A stretch of DNA of 63,709 nucleotides from a virus (IMGVR_UViG_3300048850_000155:1-63709); one strand, 5' to 3'. Positions 9,501 through 19,911 are shown, counted from the first letter of the stretch. The notes: generated from the sequence alone by a model not told the origin. Numbers and translations are program-made.

Positions 9501-9904
9501 TGGCCTACAACTTGGAAGAAGCCACCAGGTACCTCGAAACCGGCGGGCTCGGCGAAGTTTACGGCCTCGCTGACATGTCGCGCCAGCTCGGCCAGGACAG
9601 GGTTCAGATCGACACCGATATGGCGGTGGCCCTATGTCGGCTCGCCGGCAAGGCGCTAGAAGGGCGGGGCAGCGGCGCACCCGCTGAAGTCGACGGCGTC
9701 ATAAAAAGAGGCACGCTGCTACTCATCGGTGGCGACACGCGCTGCCCCTATATCGCCGGCGAGATCTATGGCGACCGAAAGGGACGCTTCGTCGACGGTG
9801 AGCGGATCAAGACGAGCACGATCACCGCAATTCCCGACGGCGTTTACCGGACGCGTTACTCGACGTATCGGGTCGAGTTCGCAGAAAAGAAGGAGGCAGC
9901 GTGA
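9497..9904 (+). CDS. Phage hypothetical protein
   Basis: GEIYGDRKGRFVDGERIKTS...TRYSTY, a recurrent phage domain pattern. Confidence 0.55.
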   Translation: MMAYNLEEATRYLETGGLGEVYGLADMSRQLGQDRVQIDTDMAVALCRLAGKALEGRGSGAPAEVDGVIKRGTLLLIGGDTRCPYIAGEIYGDRKGRFVDGERIKTSTITAIPDGVYRTRYSTYRVEFAEKKEAA

Positions 9905-10116
9905 TGTGTGCAGCCCCTACATCTCCGATTTCGCGAGACGCACTCGCGCGCGGTCTCAATCTTTGGATGGACCGCTATATCACCGACCCTCAGGAGTTTG
10001 AGGCGCAGTTTCGGACGATCCAGCGGCATTTGGCTGAGCAGTCGGAAGGTATCGAACCGACCTACGGCGAAGTCGGCGCTGATTATTTGGTCCAGATACT
10101 GGCAGAGCCCGCGTGA
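9901..10116 (+). CDS. Phage hypothetical protein
   Basis: AAGGAGG RBS; coupled. Confidence 0.5.
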   Translation: MMCAAPTSPISRDALARGLNLWMDRYITDPQEFEAQFRTIQRHLAEQSEGIEPTYGEVGADYLVQILAEPA

Positions 10117-10208
10117 CCCTCCCCATCAAAATCATCCTTTGGCTCGGCGCGGCCTGGCTGGCGCTGCAGACCGCCACCACGGCCGGGCAGATGTTCGGAG
10201 TGCTGTGA

Positions 10209-11030
10209 ATGGCGATTTCACTCGCAAATCTCAAGAGCACCAAATCAAACCGGCCGCCGATCCTCGTGCTGTACGGCGTGGACGGTGTCGGCAAGACCAG
10301 CCTGGCGGCCGAGTTCCCGGACCCGATCTACATCCAGACGCCGGGCGAGCGCCCACCGTCTGATGTCGACCTGCCGTCGTTTGGCGTCATCGAGTCCTTC
10401 AACGACATGCTCGACGCCATCGGTTCGTTGCTGACCGAGGATCACGGCTACCGGACGTTCATCATCGACAGCCTCGACGGGCTCGAGCCGTTCGTTCAGC
10501 GGGCGACCGCACAGCGGATCGGCGCCGACTCCATCGACTCCAACGAGAAGGGCTCGCCGGCATCCTACGGCCGGGGCTATTCGGAAGCCGACACCGAGTG
10601 GAACGAGTACCTGTCCGGGCTGGAGGAACTGACGCGGCAGGGCATCGCCGTCGTGCAGCTCGCGCACCCGGACATCACCCGGTTCGACTCGCCGATCAGC
10701 GACCCGTACAGCCGGTACAGCCTCAAGCTTCACAAGCGCGCCAACGCCCTCGTGCGTGAGAAGTCCGACATCGTCGCCTTCATGAATTACCGGGTGACGC
10801 TCAAGAGCGTCGAGGCCGGCTTCAACAAGAAGGTGACGCATGGTGAATCCGGCGGAGACCGCCAGGTTCACCTCGAAGAACGGGCCGGGTACGTGGCCAA
10901 GAACCGCTACAACGCGCCCGCAACGCTCCCGTACAAGAAAGGACAAGGCTACTCCGAACTCTCAAAATACTTCCCTGCACCGACTGGCATTGTAGCGCAT
11001 GACGCCGATGCCCGGGCAGACGCTGCGTAG
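10209..11030 (+). CDS. AAA_24/Sak4-like recombination ATPase
   Basis: YGVDGVGKTS Walker A, FIIDSLD Walker B, AKNRY. Confidence 0.85.
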   Translation: MAISLANLKSTKSNRPPILVLYGVDGVGKTSLAAEFPDPIYIQTPGERPPSDVDLPSFGVIESFNDMLDAIGSLLTEDHGYRTFIIDSLDGLEPFVQRATAQRIGADSIDSNEKGSPASYGRGYSEADTEWNEYLSGLEELTRQGIAVVQLAHPDITRFDSPISDPYSRYSLKLHKRANALVREKSDIVAFMNYRVTLKSVEAGFNKKVTHGESGGDRQVHLEERAGYVAKNRYNAPATLPYKKGQGYSELSKYFPAPTGIVAHDADARADAA

Positions 11031-11047
11031 AAAAGGAAGCCTACTGA

Positions 11048-11554
11048 ATGGCCTCTTTAGGTGGAAGCTACAATCCGGATGCGGAACCGTCGTCGGGCTC
11101 GTTTGAGCCGCTCCCGGCAGACGACTACACCCTCGAAATCGTCGAATCCGATTACACCGCCAATGCCAAGGGCAACGGCATGGTGCTCAAGCTGACGACG
11201 CAGGTCGTCGGCGGTGAGTATGACGGCCGCAAGCTGTTCATCAACCTGAACCTCGAGCACGAGAACGAGAAGGCGCAGGACATCGCGCAGCGCGAGTTCG
11301 CCGCCCTCCGTCGTGCCGTCGGCGTGCTCAACCCTGGCGACAGTGAGGAACTGCACTTTAAGGCATTCCAGGCCAAGGTCGGCGTCGAGAAGCGCAAGGA
11401 CAACGGCGAGCTCACCAACCGCGTGAAGCAGTACTACTTCGACGGCGACGCGCCGGCGCCTGCCGCGGCACCCGCCAACGACAACCGGCCCGCTGTTCAG
11501 GAACAGCGCGCCACTGGCACGGCGAATAAGCGGCCCTGGCCGACGAGGAAGTGA
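11048..11554 (+). CDS. DUF669 family (putative ssDNA-binding) protein
   Basis: FEPLPADDY...LKLTTQVVGGEYDGRKLF; follows the Sak4-like gene. Confidence 0.8.
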   Translation: MASLGGSYNPDAEPSSGSFEPLPADDYTLEIVESDYTANAKGNGMVLKLTTQVVGGEYDGRKLFINLNLEHENEKAQDIAQREFAALRRAVGVLNPGDSEELHFKAFQAKVGVEKRKDNGELTNRVKQYYFDGDAPAPAAAPANDNRPAVQEQRATGTANKRPWPTRK

Positions 11555-11715
11555 TGGCAGCGCCGCAGATCGTATGGATCGCCCTGATTGCCATGGCGTT
11601 GGGCCTGAATTTCGCCATGCACGGCAAGCCGCGTGAGCCGCACCACTTTGGATATGCCGCTGTAGCGGCGGCCATCCAGGGCGGGATCCTCTACTGGGGC
11701 GGCTTCTTCTCCTGA
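11554..11715 (+). CDS. Small two-TM membrane protein
   Basis: MAAPQIVWIALIAMALG...LYWGGFFS, read by hand. Confidence 0.5.
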   Translation: MAAPQIVWIALIAMALGLNFAMHGKPREPHHFGYAAVAAAIQGGILYWGGFFS

Positions 11716-11761
11716 CTTCAAGGGGCGGCGTTCGCGCCGCCCTCCACCACAAGGAAATCCG

Positions 11762-12847
11762 ATGCGCTTATCCATTCAGCGCGCTGAGCTCGCGCGCCTG
11801 CTGTCGGCTGTCGACCGTGTGGTCGAAGCACGAACCACCATCCCGATCCTCTCGAACGTGCTCCTGACGGCCACAGACGGCCGCCTCGAGGCGAGGGGCA
11901 CCAACCTGGATATCGAAGCCACCGCCTCGGGCGAAGCCGTTGTCGAGGTCCCTGGCGCCATCACGCTGCCTGCGAAGACGCTCAAGGAGATCGCAGGCAA
12001 GCTGCCCAAGGATGCAGTCGTCACTATCGCAGCAGAAGCAGGAGCGGCGACGATCAAGTCCAGTCGGTCGCGCTTCAAGCTCGCGACGCTGCCGGTTGAG
12101 GATTATCCAGACCTCGCCAACGGCAAGTTCGACGTCACGTTCCCTCTGACGGTTGCGCAGGTCAAGACGCTGTTCGGGCGCACGGCCTACGCCATGAGCA
12201 CCGAGTCGACCCGCTACTACCTCAATGGCGTCTATCTGCACGAAGTGGACGGCAACCTGACGGCTGTCGCGACGGACGGCCACCAGTTGGCACGCGCTTC
12301 TGTGCCCGCGCCGCTGCGTAGCATCCCGTCAGCAATCATCCCGACACAGATGGTGGCGGAAATTCAGCGACAGGTCGTTGACATCGAGGTGTCGCTGTCC
12401 TCGTCGAAAATCCGCATTGCCGCGGGCGATACGGTCATCACGTCCAAGCTGATCGACGGGACGTTCCCCGACTATCAGCGCGTCATCCCGACTGGCAATG
12501 ACAAGCGCGCCGTGCTCGACAAGGCAGAGTTCGGCGCCTCAGTCGAACGCGTCGCGACCGTCGCCTCGGATCGAAGCCGCGCCGTGAAGCTTTCCTTGGC
12601 CAGTGGCGCCGCCGTGCTTAGCGTCCGCGGCAGCGAGGGTGGGACCGCGGAGGACGAGCTCGCAATCGAATACGACAGCGAGCCCGTCGAGATCGGCTTC
12701 AACGGCACGTTCATCGGGAACACGTTGCGCGTGCTCGATGCCGAGACGGTCGAGGTGGCGATCGGTGACCCCAGCGCGCCCGCGCTGTTCTCCGGCCTGG
12801 GCGACGCATCGAGCCTCCACGTCATCATGCCCATGAGGGTGTCGTGA
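11762..12847 (+). CDS. dnaN: DNA polymerase III beta sliding clamp (phage copy)
   Basis: TTIPILSNVLL, TRYYLNGV, VATDGH, SKLIDGTFPDYQRVIP, VIMPMR. Confidence 0.95.
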   Translation: MRLSIQRAELARLLSAVDRVVEARTTIPILSNVLLTATDGRLEARGTNLDIEATASGEAVVEVPGAITLPAKTLKEIAGKLPKDAVVTIAAEAGAATIKSSRSRFKLATLPVEDYPDLANGKFDVTFPLTVAQVKTLFGRTAYAMSTESTRYYLNGVYLHEVDGNLTAVATDGHQLARASVPAPLRSIPSAIIPTQMVAEIQRQVVDIEVSLSSSKIRIAAGDTVITSKLIDGTFPDYQRVIPTGNDKRAVLDKAEFGASVERVATVASDRSRAVKLSLASGAAVLSVRGSEGGTAEDELAIEYDSEPVEIGFNGTFIGNTLRVLDAETVEVAIGDPSAPALFSGLGDASSLHVIMPMRVS

Positions 12848-13068
12848 TGTGGGCCGATGACGACATCGAAGAGCTCGAAGACGCCCTCAGTGACTTGGAG
12901 GACCGGCTGTCCCTCGTCGCAGATGGCCTTGCAGAGATCCGGCGCGGTCACTTCGATCACGGCGCGACGCTCATTGAGGCTGCGCTCTCATCCAGAACGC
13001 CAGACCCGCACCTCGAGCGCAAGAAATACGCCGAAGCCATGGCCGCCAAGGAGGCGTCACATGCCTGA
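12844..13068 (+). CDS. Phage hypothetical protein
   Basis: Coupled ORF. Confidence 0.45.
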   Translation: MMWADDDIEELEDALSDLEDRLSLVADGLAEIRRGHFDHGATLIEAALSSRTPDPHLERKKYAEAMAAKEASHA

Positions 13069-13567
13069 CCTGCTATTCGAAGTCACGCTGCTCGAAAAAG
13101 AGCTGCAAGATCTTCTCGCCGCCTATCCTGAGCTCGCCGAGGACGAGCAGCTTCGCGCCGACACGATCGAGGGTGAGACCGGAGCACAGGCCGTCCTCTC
13201 GCGCATCATGAGCCAGGCGCTCGACGCCGAGGCAATGGCCGCCGCGGTGCGGGTGCGGATCAACGCGCTGGAGTCGCGTCAGGCGGCCTCACAGCGGCGC
13301 AGGGAGGCCATGCGCAAGTTCGCGCAGCGTCTCATGCTCGCGGGCGGCCTCAAGTCTCTGCGGCTTCCGGAGGCCACCCTGTCGCTATCGAAGGGGCGCG
13401 ACAGCATCGACATCACGGACGAGGCCGCGCTGCCGAGCTGGGCGTGGGCCGTCGACGTGGTGCGCAAGCCATCCAAGACCGCGATCAAGGAAGCGATCGA
13501 CGCCGGCGTCGCCGTTCCGGGCGCGCAGGTGAAGACCGGCGAGCAAACACTGATGGTGCGGACGTGA
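13061..13567 (+). CDS. Siphovirus Gp157-family protein
   Basis: DTIEGET...KPSKTAIKEAIDAGVAVPGA. Confidence 0.85.
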   Translation: MPDLLFEVTLLEKELQDLLAAYPELAEDEQLRADTIEGETGAQAVLSRIMSQALDAEAMAAAVRVRINALESRQAASQRRREAMRKFAQRLMLAGGLKSLRLPEATLSLSKGRDSIDITDEAALPSWAWAVDVVRKPSKTAIKEAIDAGVAVPGAQVKTGEQTLMVRT

Positions 13568-13720
13568 CCCTTCAGGAACAAACAGAAGCGCTCGTTGCGC
13601 TCAACGTTTTCCCCACCGTCCCGACCGGCATCGACGGCCGGAAGGTTCTCCGCTGCCCCCGTCTCGACGAGACGGCCGAGGAATGGGGCGAAGAGTGTTT
13701 TGAGATTGCCGAGGGCGAAT

Positions 13721-13933
13721 ATGGCCACGATCAAAATTGAATGGCTGACCGATGATGCCGACTGCGAAACGTGCGGGACATCGTGGGCCGAAGGAGCGCG
13801 CGTCTTCGTCGATGGCTCTATTGCCGTCGATTTAGAGCCGACCGCGTATTGCTGCGGTGGAGCGCACTACGACGAACGCGAGGTCTTCACGCGCATTCTG
13901 GAGCACCTTGGCCACACCGTGGAGCACGCCTAG
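13721..13933 (+). CDS. Hypothetical protein with CxxC motif
   Basis: DCETCG...CC. Confidence 0.5.
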   Translation: MATIKIEWLTDDADCETCGTSWAEGARVFVDGSIAVDLEPTAYCCGGAHYDEREVFTRILEHLGHTVEHA

Positions 13934-13936
13934 CCA

Positions 13937-14926
13937 ATGCCGCCCCTCCCGCAACTCGCGACGATCGCGCCGACGATCGCGGCCATCTACAAGCATTACG
14001 AGCAACGTGAGCAGTGGGAGGGCCGCACCCTTTCGATCTCTACCCTGGCGGATTCCTGCGAGCGCAAGCTCTGGTACGACTTCCACTGGGTGTCGCCGCC
14101 GGAACAACTCACCGGCCAGAAGCTCCGCCTTTTCGCGACGGGCAACATCGAGGAGGACCGGTTCATTGAGGAGCTTCGCGCCATCGGGTGCGAGGTTCAG
14201 GACCGCGACCCGGCCACGGGGCGGCAGATCACAGTGACCGCCGTCGGCGGTCACGTGAAGGGCAAGCTCGACGCGGAAGTCTTGGGCCTGCCGGAGGCGC
14301 CTAAGACGATCCACGTGGCCGAGATGAAGAGCCACAACGACAAGTCGTTCCGCAAGCTGCTCAAAGATGGAGTCGCGAAGGCGAAGCCAGAGCATTTCGG
14401 GCAGTTTCAGATGTACATGCATCTGCGACATCGTGATCGAGCGATCTATCTCGCGGTCAACAAGAACACCGACGAGCTCTACGCCGAGCGCGTGCACTAC
14501 GACGCTGAGTATTGCCTCCGGCTGATCGCCAAGGCGGAGCGCATCGTACGCGCGGCCGAGCCGTTGCGCCGGCTGCATGACGACCCGGACTCCAAGTCCG
14601 CATTCGTCTGCGGCTGGTGCAAGCACAAGCCGCACTGCCACGAAAAGGCATGGCCGCGCGTGAGTTGCCGCACGTGCCTGTATTCGACGCCAGAAATTGT
14701 CGGCGAACGCGGCGTCTGGACTTGCGGCCGGTGGGACAAACCGCTGACGCACGAAGAGCAGCAAGCCGGGTGCCCCGCGCACCTGTTCATCCCGGCGCTG
14801 GTTCCCGGCGAGCAAATAGACGCCTCGGAAGCCGATGAATGGGTCGAGTACCGGCTCGCTGACGGCAGCTTGTGGCGGGATGGGGCGGCGAACGACGACA
14901 CGGAGGTCAACCGTGCTGCAGCTTAG
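13937..14926 (+). CDS. PD-(D/E)XK (Cas4/RecB-like) phage exonuclease
   Basis: CERKLWY, GKLD, EMKS, QFQMYM, CGWC...C. Confidence 0.85.
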   Translation: MPPLPQLATIAPTIAAIYKHYEQREQWEGRTLSISTLADSCERKLWYDFHWVSPPEQLTGQKLRLFATGNIEEDRFIEELRAIGCEVQDRDPATGRQITVTAVGGHVKGKLDAEVLGLPEAPKTIHVAEMKSHNDKSFRKLLKDGVAKAKPEHFGQFQMYMHLRHRDRAIYLAVNKNTDELYAERVHYDAEYCLRLIAKAERIVRAAEPLRRLHDDPDSKSAFVCGWCKHKPHCHEKAWPRVSCRTCLYSTPEIVGERGVWTCGRWDKPLTHEEQQAGCPAHLFIPALVPGEQIDASEADEWVEYRLADGSLWRDGAANDDTEVNRAAA

Positions 14927-14944
14927 ACCGACGAAGGGCGCGTA

Positions 14945-16603
14945 ATGGCACTGCGATACTACCAGCGCGAGGCGGTTGATTCCGTCTTTGAATACTGGCG
15001 CGAGGATCCTGGGCATCCGCTGGTTGTGGCGGCCACCGGAACCGGCAAGTCGATCATGCAGGCCACACTCACCACCGAGCTGCTCGATGGTTGGCCAGAC
15101 ATGCGCATCATGAACACGACGCATGTCGTGGAACTGGTGGAGGGTAATTATCTCGAACTGATCGGCCTGAACCAGTTCGCGCCCGCCGGAATATGGGCCT
15201 CATCGCTTGGGCGGAGGCAGCGCAGCGCACAGGTTCTGTTCTCGCAGCTGCAGACCGTGCACGACAAAGCCGACCAAATCGGCCATGTCGACGTGCTGCA
15301 AATCGACGAGGCGCATCTCGTGCCGTTTAGGCAGTCCACGATGTACCGCAGACTCATCGATGGGCTACTGCGCATCAACTCTGACATGAAGGTATCGGGG
15401 TTTACAGCCACCGATTACCGGCTGGACGGAGGACGGCTCACCGAGGGCGATGGGCGGCTGTTCGACAAGGTAGTCTATAACTACGGCATTCGGCTTGGCA
15501 TCGACGACGGGTACCTTACCCCAATCACGAGCAAGCCAGTCGGTACCCACTATGACCTGTCTGGCGTCCGACGGTCGATGGGGGAGTACAAGGCAAGCGA
15601 CTACCGGGCCGCTGTTGATACAGATGCCCTCAATGCCCGCATCGTCGAAGAGGTTTTGGATGTTGAGGGGCGCCGAAAAAAGGCTCTGATCTTCTGTCGT
15701 GGGGTTGAGCATTCAGCGCGCATGGCAGAAGCGTTTCGCCGCGCCGGCCGTGCTGTCGAGGTGGTGCATGGCGGGACAGAGTCCGGCGAACGTCGCAGGT
15801 TGATCCAGCGCCTGAAAGACGGCGACCTATGGGGGCTTGCGAACGACAACATATTGTCGACTGGCACGAACATTGTGGGAGTCGATTTGATCGTCGATTG
15901 CTATCGCACAATGTCGGCCGGGCGATACGTTCAGCGCGTCGGGCGCGGCACCCGCGTTATCTGGCCGCCGGGGTTTTACCCGGAGGCCGTCGACGCTTCC
16001 GCCCGTCGGGCAGCCATTGCCTCGTGGGTTAAGCCGAATTGTCGATACATGGACTTCGCCGGCAACATCGACGAGCACGGGCCGGTTGATATGGTCAGCC
16101 CAAAGAAGCCGGGCAACGGGCAGGGCGAGGCTCCCATCAAGGTTTGCCCAAACTGCCATGAGCTGTTGCACGCATCGGCTCGCGTATGCACGTGCTGCGG
16201 CCACGAATTCGAGTTTGACCAAACGCCTAAGGTCGCAGTGAAGCCAAGTTATTCACCGATCATCTCCACCGAATACGAGAATACATGGCTCCCCGTGACC
16301 GGCCGCCGCTTTGCCTATCACGATAAGCCCGGCGGCACGGACAGCGTGTGCGTCCACTTCGGCTGCGGGTTCGTCACGCACAGAATGTGGGTCTGCCCGG
16401 AGCACAAAGGCTACGCCAAGCAAAAGGCCGACCGCTTCTGGATGCAGCACGGCGGGACGGCGCCGGCGCCGAAGAGCGTGCAGGAGTGGCTCGACCGGGC
16501 CGGAGAGCTACGGCCGACCGCAGAAATCAGCGTCCGGCCGAACGGCCGGTATTTCGAAGTTGTCGGCGTGAGGGATGGCGAAGAGATGAAGGAGGCAGCG
16601 TGA
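14945..16603 (+). CDS. SF2 DEAH helicase (RadD/YejH-like) with Zn ribbon
   Basis: LRYYQ, ATGTGKS, DEAH, TAT, QRVGRGTR, CPNC...CTCC. Confidence 0.92.
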   Translation: MALRYYQREAVDSVFEYWREDPGHPLVVAATGTGKSIMQATLTTELLDGWPDMRIMNTTHVVELVEGNYLELIGLNQFAPAGIWASSLGRRQRSAQVLFSQLQTVHDKADQIGHVDVLQIDEAHLVPFRQSTMYRRLIDGLLRINSDMKVSGFTATDYRLDGGRLTEGDGRLFDKVVYNYGIRLGIDDGYLTPITSKPVGTHYDLSGVRRSMGEYKASDYRAAVDTDALNARIVEEVLDVEGRRKKALIFCRGVEHSARMAEAFRRAGRAVEVVHGGTESGERRRLIQRLKDGDLWGLANDNILSTGTNIVGVDLIVDCYRTMSAGRYVQRVGRGTRVIWPPGFYPEAVDASARRAAIASWVKPNCRYMDFAGNIDEHGPVDMVSPKKPGNGQGEAPIKVCPNCHELLHASARVCTCCGHEFEFDQTPKVAVKPSYSPIISTEYENTWLPVTGRRFAYHDKPGGTDSVCVHFGCGFVTHRMWVCPEHKGYAKQKADRFWMQHGGTAPAPKSVQEWLDRAGELRPTAEISVRPNGRYFEVVGVRDGEEMKEAA

Positions 16604-17967
16604 TGGTGGATTGGATGCGAGATGCTGAGCATGGTCTCTGGGGTGAGGCTGCGCCGGCGAAACGAGAGATGGTCGCGTCAAGAGTTTTTGTTGTGATGGG
16701 TAATGACTATCCAGACGCCGTGTTCACGACAGAACATGAGGCCAATAGACATTGCGAAATGACATCGCAATCCTTCCTCGACGGCCGAGTCACACTCCAC
16801 GGTGGCGATAGCCGCGATATACTGAAGAAGCTGCCGGACGCGAGCATCGACTCCGTCGTCACGGACCCGCCCTATGCGCTGGTCTCGATCGGCAAGCGCT
16901 TCGGCAAGGCGGGCTCGGCGCCAGCGCAGCATGGCAAAGATGGGCTTTATGCCCGCGCCTCGGCCGGCTTCATGGGGCAGCAATGGGACACCGGCGAGAC
17001 GGCCTTTGCCGAGGAGTTCTGGGCCGAGGTGCTGCGCGTGCTGAAGCCCGGCGGCCATGTCGTCGCGTTCAGCGGCACGCGCACCTATCACCGCATGGCC
17101 TGCGCGATCGAAGATGCCGGTTTCGAGATCCGCGATCAGCTGGCGTGGACATACGGCTCGGGGTTTCCGAAGTCGCATTCAATGCGCCAAATCGGGCGCC
17201 CTGAGCTTGGCACAGCGCTCAAGCCAGCATGGGAGCCCATCTGTCTCGCCCGCAAACCCTTGATCGGCACGGTCGCGGAAAATGTTCTGCATCACGGCAC
17301 CGGGGCGCTGAATATCGATGGGTGTCGGGTAGGGACGGAAGGCGGGACACGCAAGGAGGCGAGCGCCGACAAGAGCACGACCGACAGCGTCGGAGGCTAC
17401 CTCAACGCGAAGGCGGGCGCACCTATAGACGCCGGCCGCTGGCCCGCCAATATTGTCCACGACGGCAGCGACGAGGTGGTGGCGTGCTTCCCGGAGACGA
17501 GCAGCGGAACGTTCGCTGCCTCACATGCCGATTCCGGCAAGTCTGCCGGGATTCTCGGAGCGATGTCGGGGCGCAATCGCGACCGTGACTTCATCGGCTC
17601 GTCCGGCTCCGCCGCTCGCTATTTCTACAGCGCCAAGGCAGACGCCAACGACCGACTCGGCTCAAAACATCCGACCGTCAAGCCCGTCGACCTGATGCAG
17701 TGGCTTGTCCGCCTCATCACACCCAAGGGCGGACTCGTGCTCGATCCCTTCGCCGGCACCGGCACAACGGGTGAAGCCGCCTGGCGCGAGGGCATGCGCG
17801 CCGTGCTCATCGAGCGCGAGGCGCAGTATCAGGCCGATATCGCCAAGCGCATGGAGCTTGCCGTTGCCGGCACGGCAACGCGCAAGGGGGCCATCGCTAA
17901 GGCAAAGCCGCCAGGCGCACCGCTGCCGCTGTTCGCCAACGACAACGAAATCGCAAAGGCGGCCTGA
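16603..17967 (+). CDS. DNA amino-methyltransferase (beta class, DPPY)
   Basis: VVTDPPY, HPTVKP, LDPFAGTGTT; core may start at ATG 16759. Confidence 0.9.
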   Translation: MVDWMRDAEHGLWGEAAPAKREMVASRVFVVMGNDYPDAVFTTEHEANRHCEMTSQSFLDGRVTLHGGDSRDILKKLPDASIDSVVTDPPYALVSIGKRFGKAGSAPAQHGKDGLYARASAGFMGQQWDTGETAFAEEFWAEVLRVLKPGGHVVAFSGTRTYHRMACAIEDAGFEIRDQLAWTYGSGFPKSHSMRQIGRPELGTALKPAWEPICLARKPLIGTVAENVLHHGTGALNIDGCRVGTEGGTRKEASADKSTTDSVGGYLNAKAGAPIDAGRWPANIVHDGSDEVVACFPETSSGTFAASHADSGKSAGILGAMSGRNRDRDFIGSSGSAARYFYSAKADANDRLGSKHPTVKPVDLMQWLVRLITPKGGLVLDPFAGTGTTGEAAWREGMRAVLIEREAQYQADIAKRMELAVAGTATRKGAIAKAKPPGAPLPLFANDNEIAKAA

Positions 17968-18770
17968 TGGCAAAACTGACCAAAGCGCAGGCGAAGGCAC
18001 ACGCCCAAGCCGTAGAGCTGCTCGCCAAAGACACGCTAACCGAGGATGACAAGGAATTCGTGCTCCGAAATTGGAACGAGGGAGCGAACCATGTGAATGG
18101 CGAGGCCGGCGCTTTCTTTACGCCATTCGACATGGCTTTCGACTTCGCCATTGACGCCGGCGGCGGGCGCATCATTGACCTTTGCGCCGGCATCGGAATG
18201 CTGTCTTTCGCCGTATGGTGCAGGTCACGTTGGAACGAGCGGCGGGCGCGCATCACGTGCATCGAGCGCAACGCCGATTACGTTGCTGTTGGCAAAAAGA
18301 TCCTGCCAGAGGCGACCTGGATCCATGCAGACGCGCTTGATGTCCTGGATCTGGATTTGGGGCACTTCGATTCCGCCATCAGCAATCCGCCCTTCAGCAA
18401 CATTAAGCGGTCGCGGAACGCGCCACGCTATACGGGTCGCGATTTCGAATTCCATGTCATCGACATCGCGGCGCACCTTGCAGACTATGGAGCATTCATC
18501 GTTCCGCAGATGTCAGCTGGTTTCAACTATTCTGGGCGAAAAGTTTACGAGCGGCACGGGGAGGGAAGGGCAGTTCAGTTTCAGAAACTAACTGGGCTCC
18601 ACTTTGATACTGGATGCGGGGTCGACACGGCCTATTACATGGACCAGTGGAAAGGCGTGTCGCCGTTGTGTGAAATCGTCTGTGTTGATTTCGCCGAGGG
18701 GCGCGCGGCCGCCATACCGAAGCCCGCCAACGACAACGTTCCTGACCTTCCACTCTTCAGGGCAGCATGA
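17967..18770 (+). CDS. DNA N6-adenine methyltransferase (gamma-like, NPPF)
   Basis: GAFFTP, IDLCAGIG, ISNPPF. Confidence 0.85.
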   Translation: MAKLTKAQAKAHAQAVELLAKDTLTEDDKEFVLRNWNEGANHVNGEAGAFFTPFDMAFDFAIDAGGGRIIDLCAGIGMLSFAVWCRSRWNERRARITCIERNADYVAVGKKILPEATWIHADALDVLDLDLGHFDSAISNPPFSNIKRSRNAPRYTGRDFEFHVIDIAAHLADYGAFIVPQMSAGFNYSGRKVYERHGEGRAVQFQKLTGLHFDTGCGVDTAYYMDQWKGVSPLCEIVCVDFAEGRAAAIPKPANDNVPDLPLFRAA

Positions 18771-19075
18771 ACATCCGCGAGCCATTGCCTAACCGTAGGC
18801 AGCACGAAGTGATCGAATTCACGCATGACTTCCACCAGTACACCGCCGGCGTCGGGCGCTATCCCGATGGCCGGCTGGCGGAAGTCTTCTTGGACTCCGG
18901 CAAGACGGGGACGGGCATGCAGATCAACGCACGCGATGGAGCTATCGCGATCAGTCTCGGGCTTCAGTGGGGCGCGCCGGTGGACGCCATACGGGAGGCG
19001 CTGTCGAGGCGCGCCGACGGTGCGGCCGAGGGGCCACTGGGGGCACTGTTGGATTTGCTGGGGGAGGGGGAGTGA
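18767..19075 (+). CDS. TSCPD-like domain protein (resembles class II RNR C-terminus)
   Basis: REPLPNRR...GRYPDGRLAEVFL...AIAISLGLQWG. Confidence 0.7.
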   Translation: MNIREPLPNRRQHEVIEFTHDFHQYTAGVGRYPDGRLAEVFLDSGKTGTGMQINARDGAIAISLGLQWGAPVDAIREALSRRADGAAEGPLGALLDLLGEGE

Positions 19076-19413
19076 TGGCAGGCGCCCCTCCTATGGAAGA
19101 ACCTGCCGACTGCGTCGTCTGCCACCGCCGCGCCATCGGCCTCGGCATCGGCTCGCCGCAGTCGCCGCGATGGCTTTGCACGGAGTGCGCGTTGATCGCT
19201 GAAGACATCCGCGCCGCTCGCCGCCTGGATCCATTTGAGGTGGCGGCGCTCAATGACGCCTGCGCTGAGGGCGGGGGCTACTTGGACGACCTGGACCGCA
19301 CGGACCTGGTTACGCTCAGCGAGCACGAGTTCCGCGAATTCTGCCGGCGCGTGGTCCTGGGATTTGGTGCCTCCATCAGGAAGCAAATTCGTGAGCACAG
19401 AGCTCCATTTTGA
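19075..19413 (+). CDS. Cys-rich phage hypothetical protein (DUF6511-like)
   Basis: CVVC...CTEC; GGYLDDLDRTDL...APF. Confidence 0.55.
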   Translation: MAGAPPMEEPADCVVCHRRAIGLGIGSPQSPRWLCTECALIAEDIRAARRLDPFEVAALNDACAEGGGYLDDLDRTDLVTLSEHEFREFCRRVVLGFGASIRKQIREHRAPF

Positions 19414-19816
19414 ACACCGGATTGGCAAGCAGCACGTCCGCTGAAATATCCAGGCTGCCCGCCAATGCCCGCGCCTCGCCGACGGCGATGGGTCTCTGCT
19501 CGATCTCAAGCTGAAGAATAGTTGCCTTATCCAAGCCGGACGCAACCGCGAGATCCGAGATCGTCATCTGGCGGTAAGACCGCATCGCCTTCAACGGCGA
19601 TGACCCTGCCCAGATCGCATCGAGAACCTCGTCCGGTGTCCCTCGCGCGGCCTGTGCGCCTTCAAATTTGAAGAGAGTGTCATGCATCCTAGCCTCCCCA
19701 GCTTGCGCCCGGCCAGTGGCCAAAACCCGCAATCCAACATCGCCGGAAATCACGGCTATGCAGGTGCGGTACAGCACATGCTGTGTCCGGAGATCCCTTC
19801 TTGGTCCGGCGACCAT
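19376..19816 (-). CDS. XRE HTH protein, HigA-antitoxin-like
   Basis: PDEVLDAIWAGSSPLKAMRSYRQMTISDLAVASG...LAGSLDI; start uncertain. Confidence 0.6.
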   Translation of the reverse strand: MVAGPRRDLRTQHVLYRTCIAVISGDVGLRVLATGRAQAGEARMHDTLFKFEGAQAARGTPDEVLDAIWAGSSPLKAMRSYRQMTISDLAVASGLDKATILQLEIEQRPIAVGEARALAGSLDISADVLLANPVFKMELCAHEFAS

Positions 19817-19911
19817 CTACTCCTGGTAGCGATTGCACCCCAGTCGTCGATGAGGGCGAAGATCATCCGTCAGGCATCTGAGCTTGGGGACGAGCAGCGG
19901 GGGAGGGCGGA

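Noticed and set aside
13937-14926. Cas4-like nuclease as part of CRISPR-Cas
   Set aside because: No repeat-spacer array or other cas genes seen; it sits in a standard phage recombination/replication module.
9880-16603. C-terminal KEAA endings (9904, 16603) as deliberate degrons
   Set aside because: Explained by the next gene's AAGGAGG RBS overlapping the stop (AAGGAGGCAGCGTGA); they lack ANDN, so they were not counted.
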